This document shows positions 40,860 to 53,631 of a stretch of 64,000 nucleotides of DNA, one piece after another. The stretch covers positions 211,482,001 through 211,546,000 of the forward strand of contig OX597815.1 of the NCBI GenBank assembly GCA_951406725.2, written 5' to 3'. The position numbers and the translations under genes were made by a program. The notes beneath the pieces are model-generated. The model was not told the DNA's origin and searched no databases. It worked only from the letters and a program-made list of their open reading frames with translations. Within the stretch, counting starts at the first letter, position 1; each line of letters opens with the position of its first letter. Source of the stretch: Octopus vulgaris (Eukaryota).

Positions 40860-41004
40860 CTTTATTAAAAAGCAGCAGAAATATCACAAAAACTGTTACT
40901 CAGAGTTTCAAGTTCCCGTTCGTCGGACAGTTTTGTTTAGAATCTGAACAAAACTGTCCTACTAGTAACAGTTTTTGTGATATTTCTGCTGCTTTTTAAC
41001 AAAG
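40860..41004. mobile_element. Inverted pair of Penelope-type pLTR ends with a hammerhead-like motif
   Basis: Arms TTAAAAAGCAGCAGAAATATCACAAAAACTGTTACT..GGACAGTTTTGTT and its inverse. The minus strand of the left arm reads AAAACTGT-CCGACGA-ACGGGAACTT-GAAA-CTCTGAG-TA-ACAGTTTT. Confidence 0.55.
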
Positions 41005-41079
41005 CATATCACTCTACCTCTGGTATTCGAGTACTATTTTTTCCACTATGTTTCGCATTTATGTGCTTACTCTGGTATA

Positions 41080-41138
<59 letters not shown>

Positions 41139-41745
41139 TAAATATATATATACAAAAATGGGACAAGAACGCAAAACATCTAGACAACTATTGATACAAA
41201 AAAGGGACAACAAAACAACCAGTCAGACGGGTCATTCGGAGTTTTCTTTCCTCAGTCGAGTTTCAGATTATCTTTGCAATTTCGGCTGGTTATACATGAG
41301 ATTGCTCCAATCTGGCCAGCCCCAAAGAAAAACTAAGCTAAGAGCATTAGATTCCTTGGAAGAAAGCAGCGAATGTATACGAAAACAAGGACGGAAAGAA
41401 AACGGAGAAATGTTACACAAATACAAATGCAAATAACAAGACATAACAACAGGTGTCTTTCGATTAAGGACTAATTAAATTAAGCTGGCACGTGTGTAAG
41501 TAAAGCCTTACGCCAGGAACATAAGATTTGACTGACACAGGGAGGAATATAGATGTTGCACGGATAGTAGTCGAACCAAGAAAGAAAGGTGAGGCTTGGC
41601 TGAACACCGGTTACATGCATGTGTAGATTAGGAATTCCGTGTTCAACAGCTTCTATGACCAATTTGAAAATCCAATATAAACAGTTTAAATGGTTCGATG
41701 AAAATATCACGACAATCACCGTGTTTGTGTGTGTGTGTGCGTGTG

Positions 41746-41780
<35 letters not shown>

Positions 41781-41971
41781 GTCTGTGTGCGCGCGTGTGT
41801 GTGTGTGTGCGCGCGTACGTGTGCACACATGATTGTACACAGACACGTATTTAAAGAGCCCCAGGGCATAACGCTGTGTCATGTGTATGTAATGAGTACA
41901 TGTGCTTATACATGCATACACGCACACATATATTCATACATAGATACATACATACATACATACATGCATAC

Positions 41972-42008
<37 letters not shown>

Positions 42009-43909
42009 CACGCACATACACTCATATACATACGCGAAACACAGCGTTTGCCTTCGGGCTCTTTAAAAGTGGCCATTGTTGGCGAGAATAATGAGAGAAC
42101 TACGTCAACCAATTTGATCACTGAACACAATGGATGTTTCCAAAATAAAAATTCATCTTAAATTTGCCCACACTCCTCTCAATTCACCATTTCTCCCTCT
42201 TTCTCCTACTCTCTCATCCATTTATATTTCTCGTTCTTTTCTTTTTCTTTCCCGTCCATTCTTTGGTTTGTGTATATACAATGTAGAATGGAAAAGGGAA
42301 AGATTCAAATAAAGAGGGAGGCGGAGTGGGAAAATATACGTAAGAAAACTTTAAGTGTCAGGGAATATAAATGAGAATTAGACAGAATTATAAGAGAGAC
42401 TGAGAGAGAGAGAGAGAGAGAGGGTGCTGGTGAGAAGGGGAGAATACTAAGGGGAAAGAAAGAAAGACATATACAAAAAGAGAAGAGCGAGAATGGAAGA
42501 GGAAGGAAGAGTAGGGGGAATGGAAAAAAATAAACTCTTGTCGACAGTGTCTAAGCATGACACACGATCTCCAGGTTTTCAAGAGATATTGTGATACAAT
42601 GCTCAAAAACAAGCAGAACATTTCTACTTTAATACTTATAAGTAATCGTTGCTTGTAGGGTTGTTGTTTTTGTTGCTACTGTTGTTGATGACGTATTACG
42701 GTGTATGGTGGAGATGTCTCAGATAATAGATCAGCTCAGTTTGACGTCAGTTAATTTGTTATTTTAAAATTAAGTCTATGAGCTCAGCTTCCCCAAGATT
42801 TTCATTGTCAATAAATAAGGTGGCGATTTGGTAGAGTCGTTAGAGCGTCGGAGAACGATTCTCTACTTTCTGAGTTAAAATCCAGCCCATAAAGAAAAAA
42901 ACCCCAGAAAATTAATCCAGTACAGTGGATTAGCGGAAGCCTAAGAACGTCAGACCAGATGCATTGTAATATTTGTTTAGGGTAGCGCGGCGAAGTGGGA
43001 GAATTGTTAAGACGCCTCGAAAAAAGTGATTAGCAGCATTTCGTCCGTCCTTACCTTCTGAGCTCAATTACTGCCAAGGTCGACTTTGCCTTTCAGTTGA
43101 ATATTGGGGTTGATATAATAGACTTACCCCTCCTTCAAAATTGCTGGCCTTGTGACAAAATGTGAAACCAGTATTTGTTCTGGCTCATTGCGTTCAGAAT
43201 TTAAATTCTGCTATAACTCACTTTGTTGGTAGATTTAATCTGTCGCCCGAGCTAACACCACCACCACCACCTGGCACTATGGCTACCTTTGGCGGAGCCG
43301 ACTTTGTTGTAATCATTTGGTTTAGTCGCCTGTTTGAGGATAGCTTCCACCTTTCCTACCACCAGTGTCTGAGGCTTTGAAAAGGACAATGGACATTGCT
43401 TCCTTCCTGATTAAAAGATAAAAGAATAACACATGTAGACAAAAGTTTTTCGCAAGGCCTGAACAACCGTAGAAGCTTCTACACAGTTTACTCGACCTGC
43501 TGGTTGGGCAGTTAAATAACCTTCAGTGACAATAGAATATTAGTTCTGAATATATTATTTCAGAAAAAAAGACGAGACGGTCATAGTTGTAATGTCAACC
43601 AAACAGTGAACATTGAACATTGAACACAAAGAAATTATTAAAGCCACAATCATAATGTAGCTTTCTTCTACACAGTTAAAACATAATATCGGTTTTCAAA
43701 TTGTGGCCTAAGGCCAACAATTTCAGGAAGAGGGTAAGCCGATTACAGCGACTCTAGTACTCAAACTGGCACTTATTTTATCGACCCCGAAAGGATGAAA
43801 GTCGACGTCGGCATAATTTGAACTCAGAACGTAAAGAAGGGCCAAATGCTGCTAAGCATTTTGATTGGCACGCTAACGTTTCTGCCAGCTTGCCACCTCA
43901 GTCTACCTT

Positions 43910-44229
43910 GTTTATTTTATTTTATGCGCCCTTTTCAAGCCTAGCGAGGCTCATGGGCCCGGTTTCCCGGTTTCTGTGGCGTATGTGTTCCTCCCAGCTG
44001 GACGGGATGCCAGTCCATAGCAGCGTTACTCAAGAAACAGGAAGAGAGAGTGAAAGAAAGTTGGGGCGAAAGAGTACAACAGGGGTCACCCCCCACCACC
44101 CTGCCGGAGCCTCGTGGAGCTTTAGGTGTTTTCGCTCAATACACACACACAAAGCCCGATCTAGGAATCGAAACCGCGATCCTCCGACCGCGAGTCCGCT
44201 GCCCTAACCACTGGGCCATTGCGCCTCCA
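43910..44229 (-). mobile_element. Full-length SINE C with tail 1 and 11-bp TSD, next to a SINE A (43685-43898)
   Basis: CAGTCTACCTT at 43899-43909 and 44230-44240. Confidence 0.9.
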
Positions 44230-44614
44230 CAGTCTACCTTATATATTACCTAATAGAGCATCATGTGATCTTCTAAGATTTCAACTCCAACCGTAAACTT
44301 TTCATTGAGGCTTTTCTCTTAAAACTGCACTTATCCGGAACAACCAGCTTGTGGTTGTTTTCAACGTAATCACCAATCTACAGGACCCTAAATTGAACGC
44401 TATCCATATCAATCGTTCCCAGTAACACTATCCTACAATATAAATAGACCTTAAACTATTATGGGTATCACCCTGCTCTTCCAATTAAGTAATAACATTT
44501 TTAGCTACTTTGGGTTGGAAAATAATTATAAAACACTAGGAGAGAAATAAAATTGCATGCACATATACACGCATGTGCGTGTGTGCTTCTATGCGTGCAT
44601 GCACGTACATATAC

Positions 44615-44661
<47 letters not shown>

Positions 44662-44912
44662 TATATAAGTATATGTGTGCGTATATATATATGTATATAT
44701 GTGTGCGCGTGCAAGTGTATGTATACATATATACACACACATATATATAAACGTATATATGTGCATCTACAAATATATATGCATACGTACATATCCGTAT
44801 ATATGTATATAATGATTTATATATATATGTGTGTGTGTATGTGTGTGTGTGTAAATACACATATGTACTCCTGCATACACACACGCACGCACACACACAC
44901 ACATCCATCCAT

Positions 44913-44956
<44 letters not shown>

Positions 44957-45155
44957 TACAAAATTAGAGAATGGAGAAACATACTTAAATCAATAAAACA
45001 TCAACTATCCGATGATACTCAATCCATACTTTAATACACCATTACATAGGAGTAAAGGCAATATATAAAATGAAATGAGATATACAGTAATAGTAAAAGT
45101 AAAAAGATAAAGAGATATAAGTAAAAAATTACAAATACAATATGCAAATAAATCA

Positions 45156-45270
45156 AAACTGACAGCTGTTTCGGCAGTGAGGACAGTCATACCTCATTTA
45201 ACCTATAAGCCATAAAGGCAGGTATAAATGAGGCATTAACAAAGATGCCCCACGGCCTCTTCAGAGAATT
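45156..45270 (-). ncRNA. Type I hammerhead ribozyme motif (Penelope pLTR type) with extended stem II
   Basis: Minus strand CTGAAGA-GGC..(~90-nt hairpin incl. ATGCCTCATTTA/TAAATGAGGTAT)..GCC-GAAA-C-AGCT-GTC. All core nucleotides canonical, palindromic stem III, weak stem I. Confidence 0.6.
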
Positions 45271-45608
45271 AAATTAAATTTGTTATAATAGTGAAAAATA
45301 TTATATAATCATATACATATAAATATAAAAATATAAAAAAGTAAAATATAAAAACTTATACATCATAATGCTACACTTGTATAATATAATACATATTTGT
45401 ACAAAAAGGAAGGTAACCAGAACAAAATAAAACAAAATATATAACAGTGTATATATAATATTAATAAGTACCGATATCATACATATTTAGCTAATAGTTT
45501 TTTTTATAAAAAAAAGGGCTAACACATATGGAGATGAAAAATAATAATAATTAAATCCGTGGTACAGTTCATAAAATTCTAAAGCTATAAAAGTTAATAA
45601 AAATTACT

Positions 45609-45639
<31 letters not shown>

Positions 45640-46912
45640 GTAATAATAATAAAAAATAATAAAAATAGATACAGTTAAGTTATCACCAAGTCCATCCTTC
45701 CAAGATCGAAATAACTATGAGTTAAGAAATGCTGACCACTAGGTAAAGAAAATTTAGATTAATTCGATTGGCTATTGGTTTGAAATTTAAATCACAAAAG
45801 AAAATTATACGGTTGGTTAGTCAGGGAACGCCAATATTCACACACGCATCTACAGATCAATCGCACATACACACATAGTTATATGTATATACATACACTT
45901 GTACATATACATAATCATAAGCAACAACTAACACTTAGATAAACAAATAGGGAAGCAACCATGCTAACACTAAGTCCTTCAAAATTATAACTGAGCCTCA
46001 ATAACAAAAAAAGAACCATCCATACATTCTATAAAATATTTAATTAAGATATAAATGTATTTTTAAATATCAGTATGTTACTAATTCAGATAATTATTTC
46101 ATGGGTAACTTAAAATTTATAACACCGGTTTGTTGCAGAGTAAACATACGGTTGTTAGGTTTATCGTAAGTTTGTTATGATTTAAAGTACGCTAAATTAT
46201 AAAATATAAAATATAAAATATATTAATTTAGATATTATAAATAAGTCACTTATTAACTTAATAAATATAGTGCCAAAATATACCAGTTTAGGCAATAAAA
46301 AATAGAGGGGGAAGTATTAATGTAAACGCTTATGAGAACATCACAGAAATTTTAAATAAATTTTATATTATAAAGACTTAAGATGAAAAGAGATAAAATA
46401 AATAAAAAGGAATAAATACGAAGGAATAAATACGGTTATACACATAATTATAAGTACAAACTAGTATATATGTATTCATATATTATTAAAATTAAATAAA
46501 AATAAATGATAGATATGTATGTATAAAACTACACCAGTATAAGTAAATAAGTAAAGAATAAATAGGTAACAAATTAAATGACTTGATATGTATGTAAACA
46601 TCCACACTTAAATAGGCAAATAAATAAATAAATAGAAGACTAGATGCAAATATTGATAATATTACAATAAAATGGGAAATAAATAAAAATAAATAAAGTG
46701 AATATATATATTTTATATTGTTGAAAGTAAATATGTATGGAAGGATAGTTTAAAGTACAGATCCAGAGGACTATAGATATAAACTAAATATATGAGGCTG
46801 GTAACAATTATAAAGCAAAATGCATGTAAATGAGAAAATGAAAAAAATGAAAAAGGTTTATCAGTGAATAACATAAGATACAAATTAAGGTGAGTACAAA
46901 AAGACCAAATAA

Positions 46913-46949
<37 letters not shown>

Positions 46950-47748
46950 GTACATACAATACATACATGCATGTATGCATACATACATTTACACACACAT
47001 ACATCTGCAGTTAGCCAGTCAGACAAAAAAAAAATACTCCATACAACCTTCAGCAGAGTACGGAACCCCGGTATTATGCCTATTTATGGGGATACAGACT
47101 AGGTCAAGGTAAGATATTTAAGGTTCTCTCGTTGCGAGGAACAAGGTTGATTGCCTGGCATTAATAACTGGAGCACCAATACGGCGTCAGTCATGAAGAA
47201 CTATTTATGTGGCATCATATTCCTATAATTAATCGCATAGTGAAATTAAGCCTTTTGATTACACCACTGGATACTTATTCGATTGCTTGAAACGAAGATC
47301 TGTTAGGTTCTCCATTCTCACGCCTCATCAAACTTCACTTACCCCACCCTTCCAAGCTACCAAACGTCAGTAGAGGAAATTAGACAATACTGTACCAGGC
47401 ACCACTTATATAACTCTGCTATACTGAAGCAAAAGTAACCGAAACCTGATGAGCCTAAGACTGGCGAGAATACTAGGTGGGGTCCGCTTTCAAAATTACC
47501 GAAATAAAAAGAACTGGGGTTCAAATTCGGTGCCTCACTTAAAAACGAAGTAAAGCAAAATTTGTTAGCAACACATTGTCTGACTCATGTAAACACAGAG
47601 ACATATTACCAGCACAGATTGTTTAATTAAAATTTGAAACGAGCCACTAAATGCAATAGATATGTATGTATAATTTTGTATGTGTGTATGTGCATCTGCG
47701 TATGTGTGTGTCTGTGACGTTTTATTTATTAGAATTTTTCCTAGAATA

Positions 47749-48156
47749 GGCGTAGGAGTGGCTGAGTGGTAAGTAGCTTGTTTACGAACCACATGGTTCC
47801 GGGTTCACTCCCACTGCGTGGCACCTTGGGCAAGTGTCTTCTACTGTATCCTTGGGCCGACCAAAGCATTGTGAGTGAATTTGGTAGACGGAAACTGAAA
47901 GAAGCCCGTCGTATATATAAATGTATGTGTGTATGTATATGTTTGTGTGTCTGTGTTTATCCCCCCAACATCGCTAGAAAACCGATGCTGGTGTGTTTAC
48001 GTCCCTGTAACTTAGCGGTTCGGCAAAAGAGACCGATAGAATAAGTACTAGGCTTCCAAAGAATAAGTCCTGGGGTCGATTTGCATGACTAAAGGCGGTG
48101 CTCCAGCATGGCCACAGTCAAATGACTGAAACAAGTAAAAGAGTAAAGAGTAAAGA
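47749..48156 (+). mobile_element. Full-length SINE B
   Basis: Complete head, CORE-like domain, internal microsatellite and tail. Confidence 0.9.
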
Positions 48157-48436
48157 ATAACGAACGAACGAACTGGTTTCTAACAAAGAAACAAAATTTC
48201 ATCGATGGCATTAAGATAACAACAATAATATTTGTTACATATTGTACATTAGCAAAGTCTTGCACATTTATACTATTCTATTTACAAGTTGTAAATGTGC
48301 GTGTTAGCCGGTCTCTTTCATGCCTGATAATTGTAGCTTTTCACAAAAATGTTGCTTAGATATCTATCGACATAACTAAATGCAACGATAATTTTTAGTA
48401 CAAATGGGATGTTACAATCGTGGTAGAGGTATTTTA

Positions 48437-48668
48437 GGCGGCGAGCTGGCAGAACCGTTAGCACGCCGGGCGAAATGCCTAGCGGTATTTCGTCTGCCGT
48501 TACGTTGTGAGTTCAAATTCCGCCGAGGTCGACTTTGCCTTTCATCCTTTCGGGGTCTATAAATTAAGTACCAGTTACGCACTGGAGTCGATGTAATCGA
48601 CTTAATACCTATGTCTGTCCTTGTTTGTCCCCTCTGTATTTAGCCCCTTGTGGGTAATAAAGAAATAA
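48437..48668 (+). mobile_element. Full-length SINE A (A1) with 14-bp TSD
   Basis: GTAGAGGTATTTTA at 48423-48436 and 48669-48682. Other A copies at 48927-49142 and 49715-49910. Confidence 0.9.
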
Positions 48669-49188
48669 GTAGAGGTATTTTACTGAACGGTGTTATAGTA
48701 ACAACGACATGCCACAGTGGAGGGTTGGGAGGTAGCTCCTCGAGATATATGTTGGGAAACTGCCGATAAGATGTGTTATGTCCTCCTCTTAGGAGCTGAA
48801 GGGCTCGTTTTGATATCAGGTATTTCGTAGCTATCTACTGCTACTGAATTGCAAATGCGTAAACATAGAGATATATCGTGATGTAACGGTCAGAAGTTCA
48901 AGAGAGGTTACTTCATGTTAATATTAGAACCGTTAGCACGCCGGGCGAAATGCTTAGCGGTATTTCGTCGGCTGTTACGTTCTGAGTTCAAATTCCGCAA
49001 AGGTCGACTTTGCCTTTCATCCTTTCGGGGTCGATAAATTAAGTTCCAGTTACACACTGAGGTCGATGTAATCGACTTAATCCCTTTGTCTGTCCTTGTT
49101 TGTCCCCTCTGTGTTTAGCTCCTTGTGGGTAGTAAAGAAATAAATATTAACATTTTCTTCACGCTTACGGGAAACATATCCGTGTATA

Positions 49189-49274
<86 letters not shown>

Positions 49275-49920
49275 TGTATGTATGGTTCGAAATTGTACAA
49301 ACAAAAACAAAAAGAAAGACAAAAGACAGAGACAGGCGAGGGAATAACAGACAAGGTGTATTAGTTTGATGCTCGGATAAAATGGAAGAGTTTTAACATT
49401 TCGAGCCTACGCTCTTCTTCAGAATAGAACGAGAAGAGAAAACTGACGGAGAGAGGGGGAACGGATTAACAACATGATAAACAGAATTCTAGACGTTACT
49501 CAATATGAATTGTCACAATATTTTCATTAATTAGTTAAGTGATAAACATCTTATGTAGAATGAATGGAGCAAAGTGCACAGCAGCCATGTTTCAAAGTTA
49601 TGTTGAAATTAATACTGTCCGACTATTTGGATGTTAGAAGACTTGTTCTATGTCATTTAGAAAGCTACATTGCAATCAATGTTGTGTTATTTGATATTTT
49701 ACTGCAATATAAGTTGCTAAGCTGGTAGAACAGTTAGCACGCCGAGCAAAATGCGTAGCAGCATCTCGTCCTGAGTTCAAATTCCGCTGAGGTCGGCTTT
49801 GCTTTTCATCGTTTCGGAATCGATAAAATAAATATCAGTTTGAGCACTAGTGTCGCTGTAGTCGGCTTATCTCCACCCCGAAATTGCTGGCCTAGGGTCA
49901 ATATTGGAAACTAATATTTT

Positions 49921-50204
49921 TTGTTGTTGTTTGTTCCTTCTCGAGCCATGCCTGGCTCATTATGGCCGGTTTCCCGGTTTCCTTGGCGTATAGGTTCCCC
50001 ACCTGGACGGGACGCCGGTCCGTCGCATGTGAGCTGCAAGATGCAGGAGGAAAGAGTGAGAGAAAGTTGTGGCGAAAGAGTCAGCAGAAGTTCGCCATTA
50101 CTTAGGTGTTTCGCTCGTAAACACACGCATCGATCGGTCTGAGATTCGAACTCGCGATCCCTCGACCGCGAGTCCGCTGCGCTAACCACTAGGCCATGTG
50201 CCTC
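49921..50204 (-). mobile_element. SINE C'
   Basis: Reverse-complement match to 37304-37604 with an internal deletion. Confidence 0.85.
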
Positions 50205-50300
50205 GACTCAAAATTTTTTTTTACTGGAATATAAATGTATATCGATATGATTACATAGATACATTTATTTAATGAGTACAAATATTCAAACTGGAATATG

Positions 50301-50413
50301 TTTGACCATAGATTTGACCATAGATTTGACATAGATTTGACATGTCTTTGACCATAGATTTGACCATAGATTTGACATAGATTTGACATATCTTTGACCA
50401 TAGATTTGACATC
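50301..50413. repeat. 11/12-bp minisatellite with a 46-bp higher-order unit
   Basis: [TTTGACCATAGA x2, TTTGACATAGA, TTTGACATRTC] x2, plus a partial third copy. Confidence 0.9.
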
Positions 50414-50848
50414 AGAAAATTAAAAACAACAGCAACACCTAACTGTTTGTTTGCCTTTCACTAAAATTTAAATCCTACAGTTAATTCTATTCTCTATTTT
50501 GTAATTAGATGCCAAAGATTAATGGAGGTTTGTATGTATTTTTACATTTTATTATCAACGAATGAAACTCACGCGCTGTTTATGGCGATGTACTTAAATT
50601 CTCACCGTTTCTGTCAATGCGTGTGTTAAGAGCATGTCGAGATAGAGCTTATGTGTTAAAGCAATAGGAGTAATGCGATATTGAAGAGTGTTTCCTAAGT
50701 GTATATTTTCATATGTGTATGGTTTCGAGATAAATGTGAATCATTACATATAGCAGATAACCAGTTTGGATGCGATCCATTCACAGAAACGACTAGAAAA
50801 ATAAAAGAATATACTGAACACATACATAGATACATACAAGGAAATGCA

Positions 50849-50938
<90 letters not shown>

Positions 50939-51176
50939 TGTATGTATGTATGTATGTATATATGTATATATTGGCCACTCACATTACATAAAGCAGGACG
51001 TGTAATCAAAAAGTTAAAGTCACTGAAGCAGGGTCCATATAGCATATATGAGCCGTTTCTTGCTGATACTCAGAAATGAAATATATTAAAATAGTATTTT
51101 GTTACACGGATTGGTTTATATACCTTAAACATACATTGCATCTCTTGCATCCGTGCTGGAAATGGAAATGATGTGC

Positions 51177-51221
<45 letters not shown>

Positions 51222-51266
51222 CGAGTGCGCACACGTGTGAGTAAGTGAGAGCATAGATGTGTTTAT

Positions 51267-51306
<40 letters not shown>

Positions 51307-51479
51307 TTGTATGAGTTCATGCATATCTGTCGATAGATAGATATACATAAATATATATATATACACATATATGTGTATGTACACGTCCATACACGTGTGT
51401 GTGTACGCGCACGCGCGTGTCTGTGAGTGAGAATATAGATGTGTTTATTTCGGTGTATGTGCATTTATATATATGTATA

Positions 51480-51548
<69 letters not shown>

Positions 51549-52038
51549 TCTATGAATTCATACATGTCTATCGATATACATAAATATATATAGATATATA
51601 TGCACACGTTTATACATGTGTGTGTGTGTGTGACTGTGTGTGTGTATGTATGTGTGTGTGTGTGTGATTTTCATGTCATATTAATTATCCAAATGATATT
51701 AGAAAATATTCCAACGGAAGAGAAGCATCGGTAAAAGTGACGAAAACTGTATTTAATAAATATGAAAGCAGAGATGAATTATATTCTTCTGAGCTCATTT
51801 TATTCATGTCACCCTATCTGCTCTGTTAGAACGTTTAAGCAAATTAGGGAGGCACCTGGGGGAGATAAAATTGTATGCATTTCAAGCGAGAGAAAGAAAC
51901 AGTGTGAGATAGTGAGGAGAAGCTAACACAGGTATATTTATATATATGTAGTAAGGGAGAGAAAGACAGAGACAGAGACAGAGAGTGAGAGAGTGAGAGA
52001 GGAGGAAAGTGAGAGTGGATTAATTAATATATATATAT

Positions 52039-52086
<48 letters not shown>

Positions 52087-52509
52087 TGTAAATTCAGTGA
52101 CAAATATTCGAAGATAAAAGGAGAAAAGTACACAAAAAAGATAAGTAAGAAAATATAGATAAAAGGACGAGCTACGTCACAAGCAGAGGGGAGGTGAGAG
52201 GGGGTAAGAATTGCTACGAGTTGCTAAGTTTCCTTAAATAACTCGAGCATTTCTATTATTGGTAGACTGCAAACAAAAAATACCTTAATATTTCAGTACT
52301 TCTTATGTTATTTCCTGACAGACTTAAAATACATTTGAAGCCTTATTCTATGTTTTCAGATGAGGCAAAATAGCGCCGCACAAAGTAAATAGATGCAGAT
52401 AGAAAGAATCAGGAATATTTATATGATTTGTAGCTAGGAGGTGAATAGCTTTCAAAAATTGTGAAATGGAAAATGATTAGCTATATACATACATACATAC
52501 ATACATACA

Positions 52510-52543
<34 letters not shown>

Positions 52544-52587
52544 CACTCATGCACGAAGGATACAAAGCGCATAATGTTTTTTATAGA

Positions 52588-52985
52588 TTTCTTATTTCTT
52601 TATTGTCCACAAAGGGCCAAACATAGAGGGGACAGACAAGGACAGACAAAGGGATTAAGTCGATTAGATCGACCCCAGTGCGTAACTGGTACTCAATTTA
52701 TCGACCCTTCGGCGGAATTTGAACTCAGAACGTAACGGCAGACGAAATACCTATTTCTATTTCTTTACTACCCACAATGGGCTAAACACAGAGAGGACAA
52801 TCAAGGACAGACAAACGGATTAAGTCGATTAGATCGAACCCAGTGCCTAACTGGTACTTAATTTATCGACCCCGAAAGGATGAAGGGCAAAGTCGACCGC
52901 GGCGGAATTTGAACTCAGTAACAGCAGACGAAATACCGCTAAGCATTTCGTCCGGCGTGCTAACGATTCTGCCAGCTCGCTGCCT
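52588..52985 (-). mobile_element. SINE A1 dimer
   Basis: Two central domains joined at AGAAATAG|GTATTTCGTCTGC. Confidence 0.85.
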
Positions 52986-53580
52986 TTTTTTATAGACTTT
53001 TTATAGATTTCTATCGATAATGTACATATACACATATAAATACATGCATGCATGTGCGCACGTGCGTGTGTGTGTGTGCGCGCATGGATGGCTATACTTC
53101 TGTAAATATGTAAACATGCATATAATGTAAACACAAATGGCGTTCAAAGCTTCCGACAGCTGTTTCGGTAGCATTTTATTAATGTATTCGTTGAAGATTA
53201 CATTATAACGTAAGATACACTATCATCAAGTGGAATTTTAAAGAGATAAGACGTCAAACAGGTGAGATTTCTTATATGAATCTGGTCAAATCCAAAGTCA
53301 GTTGGAGATTTCATACATCGATTTATACACGTCGATGAAAGAAGTCATACCTGTTTTAAATCTTACCGATTTAAAATTTTACCTGATGATGGTAAGTTAT
53401 ATGTTATGGTGTAACCTTAACTGAATGCATTTATAAAATTCTACCGAAACAGACTTAGTGCAGATGTTGCAAGCATTTTCAGGCAGAATTGAAGACAAGT
53501 CCTGTTTATACGATAAATTTGAGAAGCAGGACTGATTGTGTGGTAAGCAGCTTACTTACCAACCACATGGTTCCGGGTTC

Positions 53581-53631
<51 letters not shown>

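Noticed and set aside
47440-47480. Hammerhead-like CTGATGAGCC..GGCGAGAA
   Set aside because: GAAA is disrupted and there is no convincing stem I or stem III; at best a dead remnant.
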